Assembly: GCA_035465135.1 (NCBI GenBank)
Contig: DATHRO010000085.1
Location: 1 to 34,582 of the forward strand
Direction: 5' to 3'
DNA: 34,582 nucleotides
Source: Candidatus Deferrimicrobiaceae bacterium
GTDB taxonomy: Bacteria > Chloroflexota > Limnocylindria > Limnocylindrales > CSP1-4
Shown: positions 1 through 7,691 of the stretch, piece by piece
Layout of the letters: each line of letters starts with the position of its first letter
Position numbering within the stretch: position 1 is the stretch's first letter
Translations under genes and position numbers: made by a program
Notes under the pieces: generated by a model
Database searches by the model: none
Seen by the model: the letters and a program-made list of their open reading frames with translations, nothing else
Told to the model about the DNA's origin: nothing

Positions 1-1707
1 GGTGCCACCGCGGTTCGCTTCGCCACGCAGTCGCAGCGCGCGCGGCCGCCGATCGCCGATCCGGTGTTGCTCGCGGAACTCGTCTCACGACTACTCGTGT
101 TCGCCGCTCGCTTCGTGCCGCACGAGGTCCAAGAGCTGGAAGTCAACCCGCTGGCGGTCACGCCGGACGGCCTGGTCGCACTCGACGTGCTGGTCACGCT
201 CGGGGACGCGCCGTCCGATGCGGCGGCCCACACACCGGCCCGCCCGGTCTGGAAGCTGCCACGCCTCCTCGAGCCGCGCACGATCGCCATCGCCGGCGTC
301 TCAAGCGGCGAGAACCCCGGCCGGACGATCCTGCGAAACGTCCTGCGTGACGGCTTCGATGCCGAAGCCGTGACCGTCATCAAGCCGGGCGTCGAAGCGA
401 TCGACGGCTGTCGCTGCGTCCCCGCGATTGACGCCCTGCCGGGCAAGGTCGACCTGTTCGTCGTGGCGCTCGCGGCGCGCCCTGCGGCCGAGCTCGTCGC
501 CGAGATCGTGGAGCGCGACGCCGCCGAGACGCTGATCCTCATCCCCGGCGGCCTCGAGGAGAAGGCCGGCGGCGAGGCGCTTGCGGCGCGGATGCGCGAC
601 GCCCTCGCCGAAGCGCGCGGTCGACCCGACGGCGGGCCGCTCGTCAACGGCGGCAACTGCCTCGGCGTCCGGTCCCGGCCGGGACGCTACGACACGCTGT
701 TCATCCCTGAGTCGCGGCTTGCCGGTCCGGGCGGCGTGTCGGCGCCGCTGGCGCTCCTTGCCCAGAGCGGCGCCTTCGCGATCTCGCGCCTGAGCCGCAT
801 CGAGGGCCTCGATCCGAAGTACGTCGTCAGCGTCGGCAACCAGCTGGACCTGACCCTCGGCGACTACCTCGACTACTTCGCCGACGATCCGGAGATCGCC
901 GTCGTCGGCGCGTACCTCGAGGGCTTCGCCCCGCTCGACGGCCTGCGCTTCCTGGCTGCGGCGCGGCGGATCGCGGATCGGGGCGGTGTCGTCGTGCTGT
1001 ACCGCGGCGGCCGGACGCGCGCTGGGGCGACCGCCAGCACGAGCCACACCGCGGCGATCGCCGGCGACGCGGCGCTCGGCGCGGCACTGGCGCGAGAGGC
1101 CGGCGTCGTCGTCGCCGAGACACTCGACGACTTCGACGACCTCGTCGGAACCTTCGCGCGGCTCGCCGGCCGCACGATCGGTGGCCGGCGCCTGGCGGCG
1201 CTGTCGAACTCGGGCTTCGAGTGCGTCGCGGTCGCGGACAACCTCGGGCGCCTTGAGCTGGCGTCGTTCGACGCCGCGACGGCAGACCGGCTGGCGGAGG
1301 CGCTCGGTGCGGCCCACGCGGCCGACGTCGTCGACATCCACAACCCGGTCGACCTGACGCCGATGGCCGATGACGCGGCGTTCGGCGAAGCGGCGGCGGC
1401 GATCCTCCGTTGCGCGACCGTCGACGTGGCGGTCATCGGCAACGTGCCGTTCACCCCGACGCTCCGAACCATCCCGCTCGACGATGTCGGCGCCTCGCTC
1501 GTGGTTCCCGGCACGATTGGCGGGCGGCTGGTTGAGCAGTGGTGGTCGACGACGAAGGCCTGGGTCACCGTGGTCGATGCCGGCCCGCGCTACGACCCGC
1601 TGGCCGCGGCGCTCAGCGCCGCCGGCATCCCGACGTTCCGGACCGTCGATCGGGCCGTTCGCGCGCTCGCCGCGGTCGTCGAGGCGCGTCTCGGCCCCCA
1701 CTCCTGA
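1..1707 (+). CDS. ADP-forming acyl/acetyl-CoA synthetase family protein (end of ATP-grasp domain + CoA-binding + CoA-ligase domains); 5' end outside window
   Basis: Frame 1 is open from nt 1 with no stop before the listed GTG at 64, so the gene is probably 5'-truncated. ELEVNPLAV resembles the end of an ATP-grasp domain. It is followed by the CoA-binding Rossmann stretch PRTIAIAGVSS...GRTILRNV and by succinyl-CoA-ligase-like stretches (LLAQSGAF, SVGNQLDL, TSHTAAIAG). Stop TGA at 1705-1707. Confidence 0.7.
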   Translation, partial: GATAVRFATQSQRARPPIADPVLLAELVSRLLVFAARFVPHEVQELEVNPLAVTPDGLVALDVLVTLGDAPSDAAAHTPARPVWKLPRLLEPRTIAIAGVSSGENPGRTILRNVLRDGFDAEAVTVIKPGVEAIDGCRCVPAIDALPGKVDLFVVALAARPAAELVAEIVERDAAETLILIPGGLEEKAGGEALAARMRDALAEARGRPDGGPLVNGGNCLGVRSRPGRYDTLFIPESRLAGPGGVSAPLALLAQSGAFAISRLSRIEGLDPKYVVSVGNQLDLTLGDYLDYFADDPEIAVVGAYLEGFAPLDGLRFLAAARRIADRGGVVVLYRGGRTRAGATASTSHTAAIAGDAALGAALAREAGVVVAETLDDFDDLVGTFARLAGRTIGGRRLAALSNSGFECVAVADNLGRLELASFDAATADRLAEALGAAHAADVVDIHNPVDLTPMADDAAFGEAAAAILRCATVDVAVIGNVPFTPTLRTIPLDDVGASLVVPGTIGGRLVEQWWSTTKAWVTVVDAGPRYDPLAAALSAAGIPTFRTVDRAVRALAAVVEARLGPHS

Positions 1708-1758
1708 GGCTCCGTCCCGAGTCGACGCCGGCCGAGTCAGAGCACGTCGGGCTCAGAT

Positions 1759-1782
1759 TGATTACCATATGACAACTAATCA
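1759..1782. promoter_or_regulatory. Inverted repeat TGATTA-N12-TAATCA inside the only clearly AT-rich island of the window; candidate promoter/operator of the HesB-like/MarR gene pair
   Basis: The sequence gattgattaccatatgacaactaatcac lies 30-50 nt upstream of the ATG at 1811. The arms at 1759-1764 and 1777-1782 are exact reverse complements. I could not place a convincing -35/-10 pair. Confidence 0.3.
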
Positions 1783-1810
1783 CACTCGGTCTCCGAAGAA
1801 AGAAGGCGTC

Positions 1811-2104
1811 ATGGTTCAACTCACCCAGGAAGCGACCAAGCATCTCGTGCGGGTGCGCGGCGAGCGCGGCATCGACTCCGGCGCCGGGGCCCGATTCGTG
1901 CCCAGCGGCAAGGGCGTCGGGCTGACCTTCGCGCCCGAGCCGAAGCCGGGCGACCAGGTAGTCGAGGGAGCCGACATCCCCGTCTATCTCGCGCCCGAGG
2001 TCGCCGACAAGCTCGAGGAGAAGACGATCGACGTCAGCGAGAAGGACGGCAAGGTCGGACTCGTCATGCGATCCCAGAACGGCGGCGGGTCGAGCGCCAC
2101 CTGA
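1811..2104 (+). CDS. Small HesB/IscA-fold-like protein lacking the Fe-S ligand cysteines (97 aa)
   Basis: ATG at 1811 is preceded by gaaagaagg (SD-like). MVQLTQEATKHLVRV...GARF...GVGLTF...D.VVEG.DIPVYL...L....IDV follows the IscA/HesB layout, but the protein contains no Cys. GC3 is high. Confidence 0.45.
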   Translation: MVQLTQEATKHLVRVRGERGIDSGAGARFVPSGKGVGLTFAPEPKPGDQVVEGADIPVYLAPEVADKLEEKTIDVSEKDGKVGLVMRSQNGGGSSAT

Positions 2105-2147
2105 GGATCCGGTAGCGCCCGAACCGACTCTCGGCCGCTGGCCCGGC

Positions 2148-2630
2148 ATGGGCAACCAGCGCGTGGCCGGCACGCTGCTGCGTGACAACCGCGAAGACCG
2201 GCTCGAGCCGGGCGTCATCGATGCGCTCGAGCAGCTCATCGGCGCGGCCGTCGGGCTGACGACGGTCGCGATCTCCCAAGCCGCGCCCGCAGACCTCAGG
2301 TTCCAACAGTGGCGGGCCCTGGTCGTCGTCGGCCATCGCGGGGGAGTCCGCGTGGGCGAGCTGGCGACGAGGATCGGAATGTCGATGCCGTCGGCGAGCC
2401 GATTGGTGGACCGCCTCGAAGCTCGGGGGTACGTCTCGACGTCACGAGACCCGCGGGACGGCCGCGGGCTGATCGTCGCGCTGACCGACCACGGCGCGGA
2501 GGTCCGCCAGGCGGTCATGGTGCGACGGCGATCGTTGCTCGCCGAGGCCCTCGCCGGCGAGGACGGGACAATGCCCGACGTTGGAACCGGGCTGACGAGC
2601 CTCGTGCGCGCCCTCGAACGCTTCTCGTAG
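2148..2630 (+). CDS. MarR family transcriptional regulator
   Basis: Winged-HTH pattern LRFQQWRALVVVGHRGGVRVGELATRIGMSMPSASRLVDRLEARGYVSTSRDPRDGRGLIVALTDHG. The size (160 aa) is typical. Confidence 0.8.
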   Translation: MGNQRVAGTLLRDNREDRLEPGVIDALEQLIGAAVGLTTVAISQAAPADLRFQQWRALVVVGHRGGVRVGELATRIGMSMPSASRLVDRLEARGYVSTSRDPRDGRGLIVALTDHGAEVRQAVMVRRRSLLAEALAGEDGTMPDVGTGLTSLVRALERFS

Positions 2631-2657
2631 CACCCGCTCCCGGCTCGGGCGCGCCGG

Positions 2658-3569
2658 TCAGCCTCCTCGGAGTTCCTCAAGAACTGGCGCCATGGCGTCG
2701 AGCGCCTCGGTCGTCGGTGGCCACAGGATGATCTCGAGCTGCGTGAACCCGGCCGCCTCGAACTCCCGGAACCCGTCGGCGATCTGATCCGGCGCGCCGC
2801 GGATCGGTGCCCCGATCACCTCGGCTGCCCCGGTGATCGACGTCGGCTCGACGATGATCCCGGCCGACCGTCCGATCGTCGCCGGGTCGCGACCGCCCGC
2901 CTCGCACGCTGCCAGGAGGGCCTCCAGCCGCGGCCGGAACTCGTCGAGATCGCTCCGTTCCTCGACGTACCAGCTCCAGACGTCGGCGTGCTCAACCGCC
3001 AGCTGGAGCATCTTCGGACCCTTGGCGCCCATCATGATGGGGATGCGACCGGGCCGCGGCCCGACCGGCCGGTGCTCCAGGTCGCGGGCGGCGTGGACCG
3101 AGCCCTCGAAGTCGGCGCGGCCGGCGCGCAGGAGGGGGACGATAACCTGGAGCGCCTCCGCGAAGCGCGAGAATACGTGGTCCTCGGGCAGCCCGAACGC
3201 GTGCGCCTGGCGGCCGGCATGTCCCGAGCCGAGGCCGAGCACGAACCGGCCGCCGCTGATCTCGTCGATCGTCTCGACGGCCTTGGCACTGCGCCCGGGG
3301 TTGCGGTGGAGCGCCGAGAGGACCCACGTCCCAACCTTGATCCGCGATGTCGCCGCGGCGACGGCGCCGGTCATCGCCACGCACTCCCACCAGCCGTGGG
3401 TCGGGCCGTCGGGTGGTCGCCATAACAGCTCGTCGGGGATCCAGACGATGTCGAAGCCGAGCGCCTCGGCTCGAACCGCGAGGTCGCGGATCGTCGTCCA
3501 GCGCGCGGTCGAGCCGTCGACGAACGACTCACCCATCGGCAGCACGAGGCCGATCTCGAGCTTGGGCAT
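2658..3569 (-). CDS. LLM-class (luciferase-like) flavin/F420-dependent oxidoreductase
   Basis: Motifs seen: EALGFDIVWIPDE, RIKVGTWVLSALHRNP, IDEISGGRFVLGLGSG and PIMMGAKGPKML. SD GGAGGAAAGCGCC precedes the ATG at 3569. Confidence 0.8.
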   Translation of the reverse strand: MPKLEIGLVLPMGESFVDGSTARWTTIRDLAVRAEALGFDIVWIPDELLWRPPDGPTHGWWECVAMTGAVAAATSRIKVGTWVLSALHRNPGRSAKAVETIDEISGGRFVLGLGSGHAGRQAHAFGLPEDHVFSRFAEALQVIVPLLRAGRADFEGSVHAARDLEHRPVGPRPGRIPIMMGAKGPKMLQLAVEHADVWSWYVEERSDLDEFRPRLEALLAACEAGGRDPATIGRSAGIIVEPTSITGAAEVIGAPIRGAPDQIADGFREFEAAGFTQLEIILWPPTTEALDAMAPVLEELRGG

Positions 3570-3640
3570 GGCGCTTTCCTCCGGCGGTTTGCGCCCGAGT
3601 CTACGGACCGGACTCCCGCTTCGCGAGATCAGAGGCCGCC

Positions 3641-4348
3641 CTACGGCTGGCCCTCCAGCATCCCGAGTCGAACGGCGTACCGCATCAGTTGCGCCCGGCT
3701 GTGGAGGTTCAACTTGTCCATGATGTGGCCGCGGTGCGTCTGGACCGTGTTGATGCTCAGCTCCAGCTCGTCGGCAATCTCCTGGTTGGAACGGCCCTCG
3801 CCGATCAGCGACAGGACCTCCCGCTCGCGGGCAGTCAGCTTCTCGTAGCTGCCGCGTTCCTCGCCCGTGCTGACGCGATCGAGGTACTCCTCGACCAGCC
3901 GCTTCGCGAGCGGCGGATGGAGGTACACGCCACCGCGGTGGACCGCCCGCACGGCAGCCACCAGCTCGGTGGCGGCCGCGTCCTTGGCCAGGAAGCCGTG
4001 GGCGCCGGCCTCGAGCACGCGGAAGAAGTAGTCCTCAGTGTCGTGGACGGTGATCACGAGCACGCGGATGGCAGGGTTGGCGGCCGCGATGCGACGAGTC
4101 GCCGTGAGCCCATCGAGCTCCTTCATCCCGATGTCCATCAGGACCACGTCGGGCCGCTGCCGGAGCGCGCACTCCACGGCCTCACGCCCGGTCGATGCCT
4201 CACCGATGACCTCGCAATCGCCCTGCGACGCGAGCAGCGCCCGCAGCCCCTCCCGAACGAGCGTGTGGTCGTCGGCGATGAGCACCCGAATGCGGTTCAC
4301 GGCCTTCTCGCTCCGGCCCTCCTGCGCATCCCGGCCCACCTCAGGCAT
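3641..4348 (-). CDS. NarL/LuxR-family response regulator (REC + HTH_LuxR)
   Basis: REC domain: RVLIADDHTLVREGL...PDVVLMDIGMKELDG...VLVITVHD. C-terminal HTH: LTAREREVLSLIGEGRSNQEIADELELSINTVQTHRGHIMDKL. The start ATG overlaps the kinase stop (ATGCCTGA at 4341-4348). Confidence 0.9.
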   Translation of the reverse strand: MPEVGRDAQEGRSEKAVNRIRVLIADDHTLVREGLRALLASQGDCEVIGEASTGREAVECALRQRPDVVLMDIGMKELDGLTATRRIAAANPAIRVLVITVHDTEDYFFRVLEAGAHGFLAKDAAATELVAAVRAVHRGGVYLHPPLAKRLVEEYLDRVSTGEERGSYEKLTAREREVLSLIGEGRSNQEIADELELSINTVQTHRGHIMDKLNLHSRAQLMRYAVRLGMLEGQP

Positions 4349-6173
4349 ACGGCAGGCGGGCCCGGATCCGCGTCCCGCCGCCAGCGCGTGACTCGACCGT
4401 CAGTGTGCCCCCGAAGAGCTCGGCGCGCTCGCGCATGCCAAGCAGCCCCAGGCCGCGGCCGCTCTGGTCCGGCTCGGGCAGGGCGTCCGGCTCGAAGCCG
4501 GCTCCATCGTCTTCCACGAGCGCGACCATGTCGGAGGCCCGGAACTCGAGCCGGATCCGCACGTGACGGGCGGCAGCGTGCCTGGCCGCGTTGCTGACGG
4601 CCTCCTGGACGATGCGGAAGATTGCGGTCGCCTCCGATCCGGTCGCCCGGCGCTCGTCACCGACGACCCGGAGGGCGACATCGATGCCCAGCGGCCGCAG
4701 GTGGTCGTCGGCGTAGGCGCGGACCGCGGCCCCAAGTCCGAGGTCGTCGAGCGCGCTCGGTCGGAGATCGACGATCGCCTTGCGGATCTCACGCAGGGCC
4801 ATCTCCAACTGGGTTCGGCTCCGGACCAGCGCGGCTCGCGCCTCGATCGAGCGTTCCGGAAGGCCATCCTCGGCGGCCTTGAGGGTCATGAGCACGGCGG
4901 TGAGGGTCTGGGCCGAATCGTCGTGGAGGTCGCGGGCCAATCGCTTCCGCTCCTCCTCCTGAGCCGTGATCGTCTTGGCGAGGAGCTGGCGGCGGATGCG
5001 GTTCAGAGCATCCAGCTGGCGGTTCCGCTCCTCGGCCTCTCGCGTCCGCTCCAGGACGCGGCTCTCGAGCTCCTCCGCCCACCGGGCTCTCTCGTCGAGC
5101 GACGCCTTGAGCCTGACCCGCATGTCGTCGAAGCGCTGGCCGAGTTCGCCGATCTCGTCATCACGCGGAACGACGATGGGCTGGTCAAGCTCCCCCGAGG
5201 CCATCCGCGCTGCGTCCGTCGAGAGGCGGCGGATCGGTCGCACGACGCTGTTTGCGTGGAGCCACGCGCCGCCGCTCGCGAGCAGCAGCGCGGCGAAGCC
5301 GTAGATCAGCAGGGTCCGCTGCATGTCGCTCGGGATCGCGAGCGCCTCGTCCTCGGTCTGCTCGATGACGATCCCGCCGGGCAGCGTCGCGAAGGGATAG
5401 AAGGCGACCACGTGGTCCGAGAAGTCGTCGAAGCGGTGAATCGCGGTTCCACCCCGCGACGATGCGATCAGCGGGGCGAGGATCGCGACGTGCTCGGTCT
5501 CGGGCTCCCCGTCATGGCTGCCCGCCGCCGCGATGACGACGCCCGACGAGTCGACCACCTGTGACTGGACGGAGCTGGACGTCTCGACAACGGGCAGGAG
5601 GTGGTCGCCGAGGCGAGCCGCGAGGATCTCGCCGGCCAGGGTGCCGACCCGCTCGCCGCTGCCATCGGCGAGCGGCACCAGGACCACCACGAACGGAGGG
5701 TTGGCCAGTCCGTCCCCGGCGGGGGCGATGACGCTCGTCGACGGGCGATCCAGCGCCGCGAGCACCGCCGCGTCGGAGGCGAGCGGCCAGGGCGCCGTGG
5801 ACGAGCCGCCGGGCGCAACCCAGATGACGTGCGCGGCGGCATCGAGAGCCACGATCTGATCGAACTCGTCGATCAGCTCGAAGAGCTCATCTCCCAGCGC
5901 TGCCGCGTTCGCGTCCCCTGACTGACCGGCGATCGACGCCACGGCCTCCAGCTGTCGGGCGGCGTGGTCGACCAGGTCGTCCATCGACAGCGCCGTCAGC
6001 TGGGCCAGGCGAAGGCGCTCGTCGAGCGCAACCTGCGTGCTGAGCTCGATCGTCCTGACCACGAGCAAGCCGAAGATCGAGAAGAGCACGACCAGCCCGA
6101 TCAGGACGCCCCCGGCGATCCGGTCCCGCAAGCTCAGGCGGCGAAGCAGTCCTGCTCGAGGTCCCTCTGTCAC
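4341..6173 (-). CDS. Sensor histidine kinase: TM, ~260-aa extracytoplasmic domain, TM, HAMP, HisKA_3, HATPase_c
   Basis: Two hydrophobic segments (IAGGVLIGLVVLFSIFGLLVV and LLIYGFAALLLASGGAWL). HAMP-like RPIRRLSTDAARMASGELDQPI. H-box RLARDLHDDSAQTL (HisKA_3 type). ATPase G-boxes DDGAGF and GRGLGLLGMRERAELFGG. GTG start at 6173. Confidence 0.85.
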   Translation of the reverse strand: MTEGPRAGLLRRLSLRDRIAGGVLIGLVVLFSIFGLLVVRTIELSTQVALDERLRLAQLTALSMDDLVDHAARQLEAVASIAGQSGDANAAALGDELFELIDEFDQIVALDAAAHVIWVAPGGSSTAPWPLASDAAVLAALDRPSTSVIAPAGDGLANPPFVVVLVPLADGSGERVGTLAGEILAARLGDHLLPVVETSSSVQSQVVDSSGVVIAAAGSHDGEPETEHVAILAPLIASSRGGTAIHRFDDFSDHVVAFYPFATLPGGIVIEQTEDEALAIPSDMQRTLLIYGFAALLLASGGAWLHANSVVRPIRRLSTDAARMASGELDQPIVVPRDDEIGELGQRFDDMRVRLKASLDERARWAEELESRVLERTREAEERNRQLDALNRIRRQLLAKTITAQEEERKRLARDLHDDSAQTLTAVLMTLKAAEDGLPERSIEARAALVRSRTQLEMALREIRKAIVDLRPSALDDLGLGAAVRAYADDHLRPLGIDVALRVVGDERRATGSEATAIFRIVQEAVSNAARHAAARHVRIRLEFRASDMVALVEDDGAGFEPDALPEPDQSGRGLGLLGMRERAELFGGTLTVESRAGGGTRIRARLPYA

Positions 6174-6246
6174 GCGCGTCGCGCCCCAACGTCAGCAACC
6201 GCTCGGTTGCCGCGAGTGTGCGCGCCGGCCGCGTCCACGGACAAGT

Positions 6247-6285
6247 CTGCCCTCCCGTCGCGCCATGAATCGGACGGGAGGGCAG
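6247..6285 (-). terminator. Strong GC hairpin (13-bp perfect stem, 13-nt loop) 18 nt after the EB_dh-like gene stop; candidate intrinsic terminator or attenuator between the redox operon and the kinase gene
   Basis: CTGCCCTCCCGTC (6247-6259) and GACGGGAGGGCAG (6273-6285) are exact reverse complements. On the minus strand only a weak U-containing tail (ACUUGU) follows, as is often described for high-GC genomes. Confidence 0.45.
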
Positions 6286-6303
6286 CGAACACGGTCCCCT
6301 CGA

Positions 6304-7209
6304 CTAGTCCAGGTGGACCTCGATCCAGCCCTGGTTCGAGCTCTGGACGTGGCCGTCATCGTCCCAGCCATCCGCACCCTGGTCGGGGTCCCAGTAGGCG
6401 AGGGCCAGGTGGAGCTCCCCGCCAGCGGTGAACTGGCCATCCTGCTCGTCGCCGGTCTGAAGCGGCCGGCGGAGCTCGAAGATCCAGGTGCCCGCCGAGC
6501 CCGCGGTCGGGCTCGTGTGGTTCCAGACACCGAGAATTGAGTTCTCGGCCCCGGTGGCGTTGTCATCCTCGCGCTCGTCGGGCTTCGTCGCCCACTCGTC
6601 ATCGAGGTTGCAGGCTTCATCGTTGCCGGAACCGCTGCTGACGCCCGACGCCGCGGCGCCACCGCCGCTCTGATCGCCGGCCGCGCAGTCGAGCTCCCAG
6701 TGCCACAGGTCGACCATGCCGAGGCTGGTTTCCCGATCCGGTTCGTCGGCGCCCATGTGCTCGCCGGCTCCCGGATCGATCTCCCACATCACGGCTGCCG
6801 AGCCGGAGCGGTGCGGGTCGCCGTCGACCCAGTCGTAGTCATCCTCGACCTCGAAGAGCACGTACAGGAACTGGTCGTCGTAGGCGACCCTGATGTGCGC
6901 GTCCTTCGACTCGACCCCCTCGCCCATGATCGCCTCGAGCGTGAGATCGAGGCCCTCGATGGCCGCCCAGTCCGTGGGGTCGCCGTCAACGTCGATGGTC
7001 GCCTCGGCGGCCTCCACGATCCGAGCGTCGCCGTGCCCATCCTCGGTGGGCATCGCGGTCGGCTCGGGCGTCTCGAGGACGGTCATCTCCGGGGTCGGCT
7101 GCGGCGTCGTGACCGCCGTCGGCTCGGGTGATGCGCCGCCCGAGCAGGCCGCAGCGGCTAGCGCGAGGGCTGCTACCCAGGCGAGCAGCTTGGGTGTCGA
7201 TCTGTTCAC
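6304..7209 (-). CDS. Secreted lipoprotein with EB_dh (ethylbenzene-dehydrogenase gamma-subunit-like) / DOMON-like putative haem-binding domain
   Basis: GTG at 7209 sits 6 nt after GAGGAG. Signal peptide plus lipobox-like LALAAAACSG, then a P/T/E-rich linker. The domain pattern is DGDPTDWAAIEGL...IRVAYDDQFLYVLFEV.D...GEHMG...MVDLWHWE...LALAYWD...GWIEVHL. The longer 485-aa ORF in the track would overlap the cytochrome c gene. Confidence 0.6.
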   Translation of the reverse strand: MNRSTPKLLAWVAALALAAAACSGGASPEPTAVTTPQPTPEMTVLETPEPTAMPTEDGHGDARIVEAAEATIDVDGDPTDWAAIEGLDLTLEAIMGEGVESKDAHIRVAYDDQFLYVLFEVEDDYDWVDGDPHRSGSAAVMWEIDPGAGEHMGADEPDRETSLGMVDLWHWELDCAAGDQSGGGAAASGVSSGSGNDEACNLDDEWATKPDEREDDNATGAENSILGVWNHTSPTAGSAGTWIFELRRPLQTGDEQDGQFTAGGELHLALAYWDPDQGADGWDDDGHVQSSNQGWIEVHLD

Positions 7210-7238
7210 GTCGGTCTCCTCATGCTCCCGTCCATTGG

Positions 7239-7691
7239 TCAACCACCGGTATCGGGCCGGGCCAGTGACTCGAGGTAGCGAAAGATGGCTTCGAGGTCCT
7301 CGTCGCCTACAACCTGCGGGTCGAAGGCGGGCATGCCGCCCGGCCCGCGGCGTATGTCGCTGCGAAGGCCTCCCAGTCCGAGCTCCTCCGGGTCGAGCGC
7401 CGGCCCGACGACCCCGCCTTCGCCGCGCAGCCCATGGCAGGTGGCGCAGCCGAAGCCGAAGAACAAGAAGCGGCCCCGATTCGCCGGGTCCGCCACCGGC
7501 GCCGGTTCCGCCAGCCCGACACCGGTGAACGTGCTGTCGAGGCCGACGTACGAGATCGGCGTCCGGTCGAAGCCCTCGGGCCGGACGTTGGCGTGCGTCT
7601 CCGGGCTCCGAGCGACGATGCCCCAGATGAGGACGACCGCCAGCCCGCTGATCGTCGCGGCCAGGACCGCTGGAATGAAGTACCGGCTCAT
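7239..7691 (-). CDS. Membrane-anchored mono-haem class I cytochrome c
   Basis: N-terminal TM segment IPAVLAATISGLAVVLIWGIV. One CxxCH site (CATCH), with the downstream Met-ligand context RRGPGGMPAF. The start overlaps the upstream gene stop (ATGA at 7688-7691). Confidence 0.8.
   Translation of the reverse strand: MSRYFIPAVLAATISGLAVVLIWGIVARSPETHANVRPEGFDRTPISYVGLDSTFTGVGLAEPAPVADPANRGRFLFFGFGCATCHGLRGEGGVVGPALDPEELGLGGLRSDIRRGPGGMPAFDPQVVGDEDLEAIFRYLESLARPDTGG

Noticed and set aside
2631-2657. Possible bidirectional terminator between the convergent MarR and LLM genes.
   Set aside because: Only a 4-bp CCCG/CGGG stem can be drawn, which is too weak to call.
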